DNA of 64,000 nucleotides from an uncultured Gemmatimonadales bacterium (GTDB lineage Bacteria > Gemmatimonadota > Gemmatimonadetes > Gemmatimonadales > Gemmatimonadaceae): positions 1,408,001 through 1,472,000 of the forward strand of contig CAWBZV010000003.1 of assembly GCA_963793305.1 (NCBI GenBank). The letters are read 5' to 3'. Shown here piece after piece: positions 30,847 to 41,627 of the stretch (position 1 is its first letter; each line of letters opens with the position of its first letter). Position numbers and translations under genes: made by a program. Under the pieces are notes generated by a model. The model did no database searches, had not been told where the DNA came from, and saw nothing but the letters and a program-made list of their open reading frames with translations.

Positions 30847-31592
30847 AACTCCTCGCGCTCGCCTCGCTTGTGCTCGTCGCCTCGTGTGCGCAGCAGGCAG
30901 CCGAGACGCCCCTGGCTGAGACGCCAGCGCCCGCCGGTTGGAAGCTCGCGTTCGCGTACACGTTCGACCACCTCGACACGACCGTGTGGTCCCTGGGCAC
31001 GCACACGTTCGATGGCAATGCCGCGCAGTTCAGGCCTTACAATGCCAAGATCCGCCATGGCCATCTGGAACTGACCCTGCACCCCGATCACTTCGAGGAC
31101 CGAGAGTACTCAGGCGCCGAGCTGGAGCTTCGTCAGCAGTACAAGTACGGCCGCTTCGAAGTTCGAATGCGCGCGGCCAGGGGCGGCGCGGTCATTTCCA
31201 GTTGGTTCGGCTACGCCGAGCCGCCGTGGCGAGAGATCGACATCGAGTTCCTCGGCGACCACCCGGACGCCGTGCAATCGAACGTCTACAACTCACCCGA
31301 CGCAAACCCGACGCTGATCCCGCCGTTCCCCATTCTTCGCACGCTGCCGTTCGACGCGACCGCCGGCTTCCACACCTACGCCTTCGAATGGGAACCGAAC
31401 GAGCTTCGCTGGTACGCGGACACCATTCTCGTCGCCCGCACGACGAACGCCTCGCAAGTGCCCACGCGCGAGATGCGGCCGATGCTGAACCTGTGGCTGT
31501 CAACGGCCGCCTCGTGGGCAGGTCCGATTGACCGGTCGCAATTGCCTGTCCGCTCCGCCTACGAATGGGTGCGCATCTACACCCGTCCGTGA
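30843..31592 (+). CDS. Glycoside hydrolase family 16 lipoprotein
   Basis: YGRFEVRM, EIDIEF catalytic motif, FHTYAFEW; lipobox VASC. Confidence 0.9.
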   Translation: MKLLALASLVLVASCAQQAAETPLAETPAPAGWKLAFAYTFDHLDTTVWSLGTHTFDGNAAQFRPYNAKIRHGHLELTLHPDHFEDREYSGAELELRQQYKYGRFEVRMRAARGGAVISSWFGYAEPPWREIDIEFLGDHPDAVQSNVYNSPDANPTLIPPFPILRTLPFDATAGFHTYAFEWEPNELRWYADTILVARTTNASQVPTREMRPMLNLWLSTAASWAGPIDRSQLPVRSAYEWVRIYTRP

Positions 31593-31605
31593 GTACTATT
31601 GAGTC

Positions 31606-33554
31606 ATGACGATCCGGGCGTTGCTGGCAAGCGCGTTCCTCTGGAACGCCTCCACGGCTGCGGCTCAAGTGCCGCCGATCGCTCCAGACACGATCTACAG
31701 GCTCGCCGTCGACAGCGCGACGTACCCCGAGCAGGCGACGGTGATACTCCTCGACGATGGCGTGATCACCGTCGAATCCGACGGGCGCGAAACGCGCACG
31801 TATCACCAGATCACCCAGGTCCTGCGGCAGCGCGCGGTGCAGGGACTGCAAGAGCGGCAGTTCACCTACGATCCGGACCACGAGCGTCTGACCGTCAACA
31901 CCATGCGCGTCCTCGGCCTCGACGGCCACGTGATCAGCGAGAAGCCCGCGCTGTCACAGGAGTCCGACGTGCCGGCCGCGCGCACGAATCCGATTTATGA
32001 GCACCGGAAAGTGCTGCGGTTGTCGCTCTCCGGCGTCGCTCCCGCCACGCTCGTCGATGCCAGTTGGACGATCGAGCTCCGCAAGCCCTACCGCCAAGGC
32101 GATTTCTTCGATGCCTGGCGCGTGACGGCGGGGACCACGGTGCTCCGATCGCGCTATATCGTCGATGCACCCAAGAACATGCAGCTGCGGCTCGCTGAGC
32201 ATCACCTCGACTTTCCGCGGCGGGATACGATCATCGGCTCCCGGAAGGTCTACCAGTGGACGACGCACGATGTCGCGTGGGTCAGACCCGAGCCGTACGC
32301 CCCTCCCGCGGATTCCAACGACCTCGCCATGAACATCAACGTCGCGGCGCCAGGTTCGTGGCGCGACATTGGCCAGTGGTACGCCGGCATGGCCGTCGAT
32401 CGGCTGCGCCCGGATCAACGCCTGCGCGACACCGTGCGCGGTGTCGTCGCCGGCGCCGCGACGCTCGCCGACTCCGTGCATGCCGTGCACCAATGGGTGG
32501 CGCAGGATATCCGGTACGTCGCCGTTTCCCTGGGTCAGGGCGGTTATCAGCCGCGCTTTCCCGACGAGGTGTTCAGCACGGGATTCGGCGACTGCAAGGA
32601 CAAGGCGACGCTGCTCATCGATGCGCTGTCGATTCTCGGTGTCCAGGCGTATCCGGTGTTGATCAACGCCGGCGGCAAGCCCGACTCGACGCTGCCGACG
32701 ATTCGCGCGTTCAACCACGTGATCGTCGCCATCAAGCGCGTGACGGGTTACCAATTCGTGGACCCGACCTCGTCATTCTCCCGCTTCGAGACGCTCCCCG
32801 GCGGCGACGCGGGGCAGTTCGCGTTGGTGGTCCATACCGACGGCGAGACCGAGCCGGTGACGACCCCGGCCGCTCCGCCGGACTCCAATCGGGTGGTCAG
32901 CCATCTCACCGGCATCCTGTCCCCCGATGGAACCTTCTCCGGGCGCATCGAATCCAGAGTGAGTGGCCAGATGGAGCTGCGTGATGCGAGCGGCGCTCCA
33001 GAACCGGCCGGACTCGACGCAGCGCGCGGCGATGATGCGCAACATCGCCGCCAGCATCTTTCCCGACGCGAAGGGCGACAGCCTCGTCATTTTCGACGGG
33101 AAGGATTTCAAGGCGCGACCCGTCACGTCCCTCGTGATCCGCAGCGGGCGCGCGAGCCAGCAATCCGGCGATATCGATATCCTCACGATGCGCGACCGCT
33201 CCCAAGGCTTCGCGCGAATGGCCAATGAAATCGAAGCGCGCGGACCGCGCCATCAACCGATCGAATGCCTCGCGCATCATGGCCGGGGCGTCGCTCGAAG
33301 ACGAAGTCCGTATCACGTTACCCGATGGGTGGCACGCCCGCCTGCCGCCCTCGGTGAACGCGGCCAGCGCGTTCGGCCACTACGAGGCCATCTACCGGCA
33401 GGACGGGCGGGACCTGGTGATGATCCACCGCTCGACTGGCGCCAAGGGGATTTACCCGAAGGAGCGCGTCGGCGACCTCGTGTCCTGGCTCCGCGAATGC
33501 GCGAAAGACCGCGTCCCCTTCATCGCCCTCGAGCATCAAACGAGCAAAACCTAG
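31606..33554 (+). pseudogene. DUF3857/transglutaminase-like protein, two frameshifts (about 32980 and 33264)
   Basis: Signal peptide, DIRYVA, GDCKDKA, FNHVI, DPT; C-terminus continues across three frames. Confidence 0.8.
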
Positions 33555-33603
33555 GAGTCGGCCGAGGAGTACTGCCACCGCCGCGCCGAGCACGAGTCGG
33601 CCA

Positions 33604-33834
33604 ATGGTCGACTCGGTTGTCGTTCTGGACAGCACCTCTCGATCGAACCCGCCCCTACCGATCACGATCGACGGTCTGTTCTCCCAGGCCCGTGCGATAC
33701 TGGCGGACACGGGCTACTCGCTCAGGGTTGTGTTTGATACCAGCAGCTCGTACCCGACGGTGATAGCGGCTGTGATAGGGGTGCCCGACGCCGACTGGAC
33801 CGATTCGGTCAGCGACTTCGTCCCGCTACGGTGA
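33604..33834 (+). CDS. Small hypothetical protein or gene remnant
   Basis: ITIDGLF..VVFDTSSSYPTVI looks protein-like; fills intergenic gap. Confidence 0.35.
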   Translation: MVDSVVVLDSTSRSNPPLPITIDGLFSQARAILADTGYSLRVVFDTSSSYPTVIAAVIGVPDADWTDSVSDFVPLR

Positions 33835-34389
33835 AAGCCGTTCCTGCCGCCAGGCATCGCCGTCGCGTACGTACCGAATCCGATCATGCAGCCGATCCGG
33901 CCGCCCCTGCCAGAACTCGATCGCGCTGGGCGTGACGCGATAGCCGCCCCAGTACGACGGCAACGGGACTTTGCCGTCGGCGTACCGCGCACTCAGCTCG
34001 TGGTGCCGCTGCTCCAGTGACTCACGGCTGTCGACGGGCTGCGATTGGTGCGAGACCAATGCGCTGATGCGGCTGCCGAACGGGCGCGAGTCGAAGTACT
34101 CCTGAGACTCCAGGCGATCCACGCGCGCCGCGCGGCCCTCGATGCGAACTTGGCGCTCCAGCGCCGGCCAGTGGAAAACCAGCGCGACTCTGGGGTTCTC
34201 CTCAATCTCGCCGCCCTTGCGGCTACGATAGTCCGTGTAGAACACGAATCCCTGATCGTCGACGCCCTTGAGCAGGACGATGCGCGCCGACGGCGCGCCG
34301 TCCGGCGTCGTCGTCGCCAACGTCATGGCGTTCTCGCCCTGGGCATCGGCGAACCAGCGCTCGAACTGCCGAATCGGGTCAGCGTCCAT
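33826..34389 (-). CDS. pdxH: Pyridoxamine 5'-phosphate oxidase
   Basis: SARIVLLK, RQVRIEG, IEFWQGRPDRLHDR. Confidence 0.95.
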   Translation of the reverse strand: MDADPIRQFERWFADAQGENAMTLATTTPDGAPSARIVLLKGVDDQGFVFYTDYRSRKGGEIEENPRVALVFHWPALERQVRIEGRAARVDRLESQEYFDSRPFGSRISALVSHQSQPVDSRESLEQRHHELSARYADGKVPLPSYWGGYRVTPSAIEFWQGRPDRLHDRIRYVRDGDAWRQERLSP

Positions 34390-34390
34390 A

Positions 34391-35437
34391 TCACACCGAG
34401 GGCATAGCGAGGGGGGCTCGCGGATATTCGACTTCGACGCGCTCGGGAACGTCGAACGGCTCCCCATCCGGTGTCTCGAGCACGAATCCGGCATCGCGGA
34501 TCATGGCATAGTCCGCGCTCGCCGGTTGTCCGCGCGAGGTGAGATAGTCGCCGATAAATATCGAGTTGGCGGGATACAATCCGAGCGGCTGCAACGATCT
34601 CAAATGCGCCTCTCTCCCACCAGCAATGCGAATCTCCTGTGAGGGCAGCAGGAATCGATAGAGCGCCAACACCCGCAGACACCGTCGCGGATCGAGCAGC
34701 CGGCGCTCCGCAAATGGCGTCCCATCCAATGGCAACAAAAAGTTCACCGGGACGCTCCGGACATCGAGCTCGCGCAAACTCATCGCCAGATCAATCACGT
34801 CATCGTCCGACTCACCCATTCCGATGATGCCACCCGAGCACGTTTTGATGCCGGCGGCCTTGACATGCTCGACGGTCGCCACGCGATCATCGAACGTATG
34901 CGTCGTGCACACCTCGCCATGAAAATTGGCCGAGGTATTGAGATTGTGATTGACGGTTTCGACGCCCGCGTCCTTGAGCCGCAGTGTTTGCTCGGTGCTC
35001 AGTAACCCGAGACACGCGCAGACTTTGAGATCGTACTGGGACCGAATCTCGCGAACCGCATCGAGCACCTTGCCGAACACCCGTTCGCCGGGCGAGCGAC
35101 CGGAGATGACGAGACAGAATGTCCCGGCCTTGAGCGCGGCCGCGCGGCCGGCAGCCGCCAGGATCTTGTCGCGGGCGAGCATCGGATACTTCTCGATCTC
35201 GCTCGTCGACACGCTCGACTGCGTGCAGTAATGGCAATCTTCGGGGCACAGACCGCTCTGGGCGTTCAGCAGAAAATGCAGGCGGACGCGATTGCCCCAG
35301 TAGTGCCGCCGCACGCGATAGGCCGCGGCGAGCACAGGCAGCAGGTCATCGTCTGGCGACGACAGGACCTGGTGCGACTCGCCACGCGACAAGCTCGTCC
35401 CCGCGAGCGCACGGTCCGCAAAAGTCTCGTAGATCAT
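34391..35437 (-). CDS. bioB: Biotin synthase
   Basis: [37 protein letters not shown]. Confidence 0.95.
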   Translation of the reverse strand: MIYETFADRALAGTSLSRGESHQVLSSPDDDLLPVLAAAYRVRRHYWGNRVRLHFLLNAQSGLCPEDCHYCTQSSVSTSEIEKYPMLARDKILAAAGRAAALKAGTFCLVISGRSPGERVFGKVLDAVREIRSQYDLKVCACLGLLSTEQTLRLKDAGVETVNHNLNTSANFHGEVCTTHTFDDRVATVEHVKAAGIKTCSGGIIGMGESDDDVIDLAMSLRELDVRSVPVNFLLPLDGTPFAERRLLDPRRCLRVLALYRFLLPSQEIRIAGGREAHLRSLQPLGLYPANSIFIGDYLTSRGQPASADYAMIRDAGFVLETPDGEPFDVPERVEVEYPRAPLAMPSV

Positions 35438-36075
35438 AGCAACGGCGCGAGCGAGCCGCCGCCTCCGTGATAGGGAAACGAAAGCACGGTGGCTTCCGGC
35501 ACCAGTCGGCGCAAGGTGTCAAAATTGGTCTGCTCGGCGATCGTCGCCTCCCCGGGACACAGGGTGTTCAGCACGACCGCCCGCACGCGCAGTCCAGCGG
35601 CGTGCGCCGCGCGGAGCGTGAGCAACGTGTGATTGACGGCGCCGAGGCGGTTCGCCGCGACGATAATGCAATCGAGATTCCAGCGGCGGAACAGCGTGTC
35701 GTACGCCACGCCATCAGTGATCGGCACCAGCAGTCCGCCGGCGCCTTCGACGATGAGCGCGTCCCGTCCGGATTCGAGTCGCGTGCGCGCCGCTTCCAGC
35801 GCCGAGATCGCAATCGGGCGACCCGCGCGACGGGCGGCGACCCACGGCGCGAGCGGCTCGTCGAACCGCTCGGGACAGACGTCGTCCAGCGAATCCTGAC
35901 CGCCGGCCGCTTCGCATAGCCGACGCGCATCGGCGGGCTCGCCCTCGACGCCCGTCTCGACCGGCTTCATGGCCGCGACCGATAGCCCACGATCGCGGAG
36001 CGCCGAGATGAGCGCGCAGGCGACGACCGTCTTCCCGACGCCCGTGTCCGTTCCGGTAATCCCGTAGCGAATCAC
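35434..36075 (-). CDS. bioD: Dethiobiotin synthase
   Basis: [32 protein letters not shown]. Confidence 0.95.
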   Translation of the reverse strand: MIRYGITGTDTGVGKTVVACALISALRDRGLSVAAMKPVETGVEGEPADARRLCEAAGGQDSLDDVCPERFDEPLAPWVAARRAGRPIAISALEAARTRLESGRDALIVEGAGGLLVPITDGVAYDTLFRRWNLDCIIVAANRLGAVNHTLLTLRAAHAAGLRVRAVVLNTLCPGEATIAEQTNFDTLRRLVPEATVLSFPYHGGGGSLAPLL

Positions 36076-37289
36076 CCGTGGGCGTCCAAAAATTCTGTGA
36101 TCACACCGTAAATCTGATCGAGTTGTGCGTCCGTCGTGCAGTAGGGAGGCAGAACGTAGACCACATCGCCGAGGGGGCGGAGGAGGACGCCGCGTTCGAG
36201 CGCGAAGCGTGACAGGTCCGTGCCGACGGGGTCCAAGTAGCCCGCACTGCCCAGATTGAACGCCGCGACGGTACCGAGAACACGTGGCGCCGTGACGCAT
36301 GGATGCGCGGCGATCGTCGCCAGGTGCGAGCGATGGGCGCGCTCGATCGCCGCTCGGCGAGCGGCTGACGCATCGTTGAGTAGAGCCAGGCTCGCCTGGG
36401 CTGCCGCACAGGCGATGGGGTTTGCGGTGAAGCTATGGCCGTGCCACAGCGTATGGCGCCGATCGGTGCTCAGAAACGCCTCGAAAATCTCCTCTCGCGC
36501 CGCCGTCGCGCCGAGGGGAAGAAAGCCGCCAGTCAGGCCTTTCGACAAACAAATAATGTCCGGGACGATGCCCGCTCGCTCGCACGCGAACAGTGGCCCC
36601 GTTCGCCCGAACCCGGTGAGGACCTCGTCGGCAATCAGGAGCACCCCTTTCTCGGCCGTCTGATCGCGAATTTCGCGCAGTGTCGCTTCGCTCCACATGC
36701 GCATCCCGCCCGCGCCTTGCAGCAGTGGTTCGACGATGACTGCGGCCAGCTGGTCTGTGATGGGGTGCTCGGGTAGCCGAACCACCTCGAAGAGCTGCGC
36801 GCCGAATGGCTCGGTGAAGAGCCCGCGCGCACTTGCCGACATCGCCCCGAACGTGTCGCCGTGATACGCATGATCCAGCGCCGCGATCCGCGCTCGCGGT
36901 TGCCCGCGATTCTGCCAGTACTGGAGCGCGATCTTGATCGCGACTTCGACCGCGGTCGAGCCATTGTCCGAGAAGAACACCCGCTTGAGCCCCCGCGGCA
37001 ATTTCTCGGCGAGCGACGCCGCCAAGGCGGCTGCCGGCTCGTGAGTGAACCCCGCGAAGATGACCTGCTCGAGGACCTTCGCCTGCCGCCCGATGGCTTC
37101 GGCGATCTCGGGCTGCGCATGGCCATGCAGTGTTACCCACCACGACGAGATCGCGTCGATGATCTCCCGGCCGTCAACGTCGATGAGCACGGCCCCTTCG
37201 GCGCGAGCAATGGGGATCGGCGCCGGCGCGATCGCGTGCTGGGTATATGGGTGCCACACATGGCGCCGGTCCAGCTCGTTCAGGTTCAC
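36072..37289 (-). CDS. bioA: Adenosylmethionine-8-amino-7-oxononanoate transaminase
   Basis: WHPYTQ, SSWW, YHGDT, ADEVLTGFGRTG, SKGLTGG, LRPLG. Confidence 0.95.
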   Translation of the reverse strand: MNLNELDRRHVWHPYTQHAIAPAPIPIARAEGAVLIDVDGREIIDAISSWWVTLHGHAQPEIAEAIGRQAKVLEQVIFAGFTHEPAAALAASLAEKLPRGLKRVFFSDNGSTAVEVAIKIALQYWQNRGQPRARIAALDHAYHGDTFGAMSASARGLFTEPFGAQLFEVVRLPEHPITDQLAAVIVEPLLQGAGGMRMWSEATLREIRDQTAEKGVLLIADEVLTGFGRTGPLFACERAGIVPDIICLSKGLTGGFLPLGATAAREEIFEAFLSTDRRHTLWHGHSFTANPIACAAAQASLALLNDASAARRAAIERAHRSHLATIAAHPCVTAPRVLGTVAAFNLGSAGYLDPVGTDLSRFALERGVLLRPLGDVVYVLPPYCTTDAQLDQIYGVITEFLDAHG

Positions 37290-38464
37290 GATCTTCCCAA
37301 TACCTCCGCCAGCGTGCGCAGTAGCCGCTCAATGTCGTCGTCCGTATGAGCGGCACTCAGGGTAATCCGCAGTCGCGATGTTCCCAGCGGCACCGTCGGT
37401 GGCCTGACCGCTCCCACGAGAATCCCCCGTTCGCGCAACTCGGCGCCGACTCTCATCGTCGCGTCACTCTCCCCGAGCACCACCGGCACAATGTGCCCCT
37501 CCGGTGGCCCCGGAACGCGCAGCGCCGCGCGGACTCTCTGTGCGTTGCGCCGAAGGCGCGCGCGTAATTCGGGCTCCGACTGAACCACGTGGAGCGCAGC
37601 CAAGGCCGCCGCGGCGAGCGCGGGAGGTTGAGCAGTCGTAAACACAAACGCGCGGGCGCGGTTGAGCAAGTAATCGATGAGCACCCGGGAGCCGGTGACA
37701 TACGCTCCGGCGACACCGAAGGCCTTGCCGAGCGTTCCCATGATGACATCGATCTGACCTTCGATCCTCCAGTGCTCCGCTGATCCGCGGCCGTTCTCGC
37801 CGAGGACCCCGGTGCCGTGGGCATCATCGACGTATGTCCACGCGTCGTATGCTTGCGCGATGTTGGTCAACTCGCAGAGCGGGAAGAGATCCCCGTCCAT
37901 GGAGAACACGCCGTCGACGACAATGAGCCGCCGTCGAAATCGCCCGCGATCGGCATCGAGCATGTCCGCGAGTCCCGCCAGATCCAAATGCGGGAACGTC
38001 CGGACCTCCGCGCGCGACAGCCGACACGCATCAATCAGAGACGCGTGATTCAATGCATCCGCATAAATGACATCGCGCCGCCCTGCCAACGCCGGGATGG
38101 TGCCGACGTTCGCCAGGTAGCCACTACCGAACAAGAGCGCCGCTTCGGCCCTCTTGAAGTCGGCAAGCTCCCGCTCCAGTGCCTCATGCAACGGATGATC
38201 GCCGGAGATGAGCCGGGCTGCTCCAGCACCGAGTGCGTTCTCGCGCAGCGCATCGGTCACCGCCGTCGCCAGGCGAGGATCAGAGGCGAGCCCCAGATAG
38301 TCGTTGGACGAGAAGTCAATGGCGTCTCGCCCATCGATGACAACGTGCGCGCCATGGCGGCGCACCAGGGGCCGGAGCACACGCCGGAGTCCCGCGCGAT
38401 CGAGCGTCGCGAGATCCGCGGCTAACGCCGAGTCCAGCGATGAAGCGGCGGTGCTTGCGGTCAC
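37286..38464 (-). CDS. bioF: 8-amino-7-oxononanoate synthase
   Basis: FSSNDYLGL, NHASLID, DDAHG, TLGKA, RPPTVP; start GTG 38464. Confidence 0.95.
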   Translation of the reverse strand: MTASTAASSLDSALAADLATLDRAGLRRVLRPLVRRHGAHVVIDGRDAIDFSSNDYLGLASDPRLATAVTDALRENALGAGAARLISGDHPLHEALERELADFKRAEAALLFGSGYLANVGTIPALAGRRDVIYADALNHASLIDACRLSRAEVRTFPHLDLAGLADMLDADRGRFRRRLIVVDGVFSMDGDLFPLCELTNIAQAYDAWTYVDDAHGTGVLGENGRGSAEHWRIEGQIDVIMGTLGKAFGVAGAYVTGSRVLIDYLLNRARAFVFTTAQPPALAAAALAALHVVQSEPELRARLRRNAQRVRAALRVPGPPEGHIVPVVLGESDATMRVGAELRERGILVGAVRPPTVPLGTSRLRITLSAAHTDDDIERLLRTLAEVLGRS

Positions 38465-39576
38465 GAGCCGGACGCGACGGCCGGTAGCGGCTCCCCGGCC
38501 GGCAGCTTCACCACGAATCGGGTGCCTTGCCCGATGAGCGTCTCGACATCGATCGTGCCACCGTACGCGGTGACGATGCCATGGACGACCGAGAGCCCGA
38601 GCCCGGATCCTCCTTGGCGGTCCGTGGACGTCGTCCAGAACGGATCCCAAATCCGCGATCGGTGATCGGCGCGGATGCCCGGCCCATTGTCCCAGACCTC
38701 GATGACCACCCATCCGTCCGTCTCGCGCGTCCGGATGCCGAGCGCGTGATGCAGCCCATCCTCGCGTTTCCACGTCTCCAGGGCCTGGCTCGCGTTCAAC
38801 ACCAGGTTCACGACCACCTGCTCGATTTGCGACACCTGCGCGCGCACGGTCGAGAGCTCGGGCGCCAGGTCGAGCGCGCTCTGGATCTGCTTCGCCTCCA
38901 ACTGAGGCTGGACCGAATCCATCGCGTACCGGGCCACGGCGTTGACGTCGACCGGCACGGCCCGCTCGGCCTCCGGGCGCCGGGCGAAGTCGAGGAGGCT
39001 CTTGACGATCTTCGCGGCGCGCACCGACTCGCGGTGGATAGTCGTGAGCGCCTGACGATCCTCGGGGGCGAGGCCTTTCGCCTTGACGACGATCTGCGCG
39101 AACCCGCCGATCGCGGCCAGTGGATTGTTGAGCTCGTGCGCGACGCCCACCAGCATCTTGCCGAGACTCGCCATGCGCTCGTTGCGGCGCACGATCTCGT
39201 CGCGCCGTCGCTGCTCGGTCAGGTCCTCGACGAGGCCATCCAGCCAGCAGATCGTCCCGTCGTCATCGCGCGCCGGATCGACCGCGACGCGCACCGTGAT
39301 CGGCACGCCACTTTTCCTGCGCCACGGCAACTCGAGCCAGCCCAGCGATCGTCCCTTCCGGATATCATCGATCAGTGTGTCCCGATGCTCGGCTTCGCGA
39401 TAGATATCCTGCGCCGCATCGGCTGCCAGCAGCTCCTCCGGCGTGTCGTAGCCGAGCATATCGACGAGCGCCTGGTTGACCTCGACAAAGCGACCGTCGA
39501 GCGTGGAGCGGAACACGCCGAACGCGCTTTTGTCGATCAGTCGGTGATAGCGGTCGTCAGGTACCGGCGGCCGCAT
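38461..39576 (-). CDS. Cytoplasmic PAS-domain sensor histidine kinase
   Basis: PAS/PAC, AHELNNPL, QVVVNLVLNA, DNGPG, GSGLGLS; no TM segment. Confidence 0.92.
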   Translation of the reverse strand: MRPPVPDDRYHRLIDKSAFGVFRSTLDGRFVEVNQALVDMLGYDTPEELLAADAAQDIYREAEHRDTLIDDIRKGRSLGWLELPWRRKSGVPITVRVAVDPARDDDGTICWLDGLVEDLTEQRRRDEIVRRNERMASLGKMLVGVAHELNNPLAAIGGFAQIVVKAKGLAPEDRQALTTIHRESVRAAKIVKSLLDFARRPEAERAVPVDVNAVARYAMDSVQPQLEAKQIQSALDLAPELSTVRAQVSQIEQVVVNLVLNASQALETWKREDGLHHALGIRTRETDGWVVIEVWDNGPGIRADHRSRIWDPFWTTSTDRQGGSGLGLSVVHGIVTAYGGTIDVETLIGQGTRFVVKLPAGEPLPAVASGS

Positions 39577-40633
39577 GGTCCAATACGCGATAGCGATACG
39601 GGACATCGCCTGACGTGATATCGATCAGGTGATGCTGGGGGCTCTTGACGCACACAGGGTCCGCGTTACGGGCATCACCCGTGAGCTGGAACGCCTGACA
39701 GCGGCAACCGCCGAAGTCGAGATGCTTCCGCTCGCAGCTCCGGCAAGGCTCGCGCATCCACTCGTCTCCCCTGAATGCGCGGAATGCCTCTGACTCCTCC
39801 CAAATCCAGCCCAATGGCTTCTCCCTGACCGTATCAAAAGCCAACGACTCGATCTGCCATGCCGCTTGGCAGGGAAGGACGCGCCCATCGGGAGCGACAA
39901 CGATATACACGTTGCCCCATCCGCCCATGCACGGTTTGGGATACTGCTGATAGTAGTCGGGCAAGACATACACAATTTGCATGCGCCCGCGATACGTGCG
40001 CACCGCGGCATCGACGATCGGCTCGGCCGCATCCAGCTGCTCCTTCGTCGGGATCAGCGCTGCCCGATTCTCGTAGGCCCAGCCGTAGTATTGCGTGTTC
40101 GCCAACTCCAACCGGTCCGCGCCGAGCGAGGCCGCGAGCTCGATGATCTCACCGATATGATCGAGATTCGCGCGGTGGAGCACGACGTTCACGGTGAACG
40201 CAAAGCCGAGGTCTTTGACAAGAGCCGCCGCCGAACGCTTCTTGTCGACCGACTTGATGCCCGCGATATGCTCGGCCACTCCGGGATCCGAATCCTGAAA
40301 CGAGATCTGCACGTGCTCGAGGCCAGCGTCGCGTAGTCTTCTTGCCCTCGGCGGGGTCAGCCCAAGGCCCAACGTCACGAGCGTCGAATAGAGCCCAACG
40401 CCGTGCGCGTGCTCGACAATCTCTTCGAGATCTTTGCGCAGCATCGGCTCGCCACCTGAGAGCCCGAGCTGCAATACGCCAAGTGCCCGTGCCTCCGACA
40501 GCACGCGCTTCCAATCGTCCGTCGAGAGCTCAGCGGCCGCGCGTGCGAGATCCACGGGGTTCGAGCAATACGGACAGTGGAGCGGGCAGCGATACGTCAG
40601 CTCCGCTAGTAGCGTCGTTGGCGGCTTAGGCAT
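39557..40633 (-). CDS. pqqE: PQQ biosynthesis radical SAM/SPASM protein PqqE
   Basis: LAELTYRCPLHCPYCSNP, ELANTQYYGWA, PKPCMGGWG, DFGGCRCQA. Confidence 0.95.
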   Translation of the reverse strand: MPKPPTTLLAELTYRCPLHCPYCSNPVDLARAAAELSTDDWKRVLSEARALGVLQLGLSGGEPMLRKDLEEIVEHAHGVGLYSTLVTLGLGLTPPRARRLRDAGLEHVQISFQDSDPGVAEHIAGIKSVDKKRSAAALVKDLGFAFTVNVVLHRANLDHIGEIIELAASLGADRLELANTQYYGWAYENRAALIPTKEQLDAAEPIVDAAVRTYRGRMQIVYVLPDYYQQYPKPCMGGWGNVYIVVAPDGRVLPCQAAWQIESLAFDTVREKPLGWIWEESEAFRAFRGDEWMREPCRSCERKHLDFGGCRCQAFQLTGDARNADPVCVKSPQHHLIDITSGDVPYRYRVLDHAAAGT

Positions 40634-40886
40634 CGACCACCAACTCCCGTTCAACCAGCGCCGATAAATAGTCAGTCACGTCCTTGGTGACATCCGCGCC
40701 GTACTTCGCGCTCAACACCGCCGCGATCTCGTCGACGGTTCTCTGCCCATCGCACAGCGACAGGATCTCCGCGCCGGTCTCATTGAGGAGCATGGCGCCC
40801 TCCGGATACAGCAAGACCGGGCGCTGTCGCACGGGATCGTAGTCGACCCTGGCCAATCGCCACAATCTCGGCTTCACTTCGTTCAC
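40626..40886 (-). CDS. pqqD: PQQ peptide chaperone PqqD
   Basis: VLLYPEGAMLLNETGAEILSLCDGQRTVDEI; between pqqC and pqqE. Confidence 0.93.
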   Translation of the reverse strand: MNEVKPRLWRLARVDYDPVRQRPVLLYPEGAMLLNETGAEILSLCDGQRTVDEIAAVLSAKYGADVTKDVTDYLSALVERELVVDA

Positions 40887-41611
40887 GCGTACGCATGGTG
40901 AATCGTGTCGATCATGACCCACAGCATCTCGATCTTGAACGCCAGCGCATGGAACGCCCGCCGTTGCCATTCGACCGTGGTGCAGTGCTGGGTCACGATG
41001 TCGAGTCCCTGCGCGCTGTCCCGTGGCGCCTGCACCAGGCGGCCGCGAAAGTACTCGAGCCCTGCCTGATCGACCCAAGGATAATGTTTGGGAAACGCCG
41101 CCAACCGCTCGTGCATGAGCGACGGCGCGAAGAGCTCCGTGAGAGAGCTGGCGACGGACTCTACCCAATGGTGCGTCTTGCAGAACGTCACATACGACTC
41201 GGCCGCCATCCGCACGCCCGGCAGCACGTGCCGCTCATCGTCCATCTCGTCGCGGGGCACACCGAGCGCCTCGCCGAGCGTGATCCAGAGCTCAATGCCG
41301 CCCGATCCGGGCGCCGTGCCGTCGTGATCGACAATGCGCTGCATCCACAGGCGGCGAACATCACCGTCGGGGCAATTCGAGATAATCGCCGCGTCTTTGC
41401 GAGGGATCGCTCGCTGATACGCGAGTCGATTCGCAACCCAACCCTGCAGTTGGCGCTTGGAGAGTGTGCCCGACGACATCATCTGGTGGAACGGATGCAC
41501 GCGGTAGTAGGACGTGCTGAACGCTCGCATGGCGTTGCACAGCTCGTCGGGCGCGAGTGGGCGGTCCAGAGATGGGATCGGCGGCGGCGGTGGCGCCGAG
41601 AGGGTCGCCAT
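40883..41611 (-). CDS. pqqC: Pyrroloquinoline-quinone synthase PqqC
   Basis: HPFH, WVANR, IPRKDAAI, RIVDHDG, SSLTELFAP, YFRGRL. Confidence 0.93.
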   Translation of the reverse strand: MATLSAPPPPPIPSLDRPLAPDELCNAMRAFSTSYYRVHPFHQMMSSGTLSKRQLQGWVANRLAYQRAIPRKDAAIISNCPDGDVRRLWMQRIVDHDGTAPGSGGIELWITLGEALGVPRDEMDDERHVLPGVRMAAESYVTFCKTHHWVESVASSLTELFAPSLMHERLAAFPKHYPWVDQAGLEYFRGRLVQAPRDSAQGLDIVTQHCTTVEWQRRAFHALAFKIEMLWVMIDTIHHAYA

Positions 41612-41627
41612 TTCTGAAATATACCCT

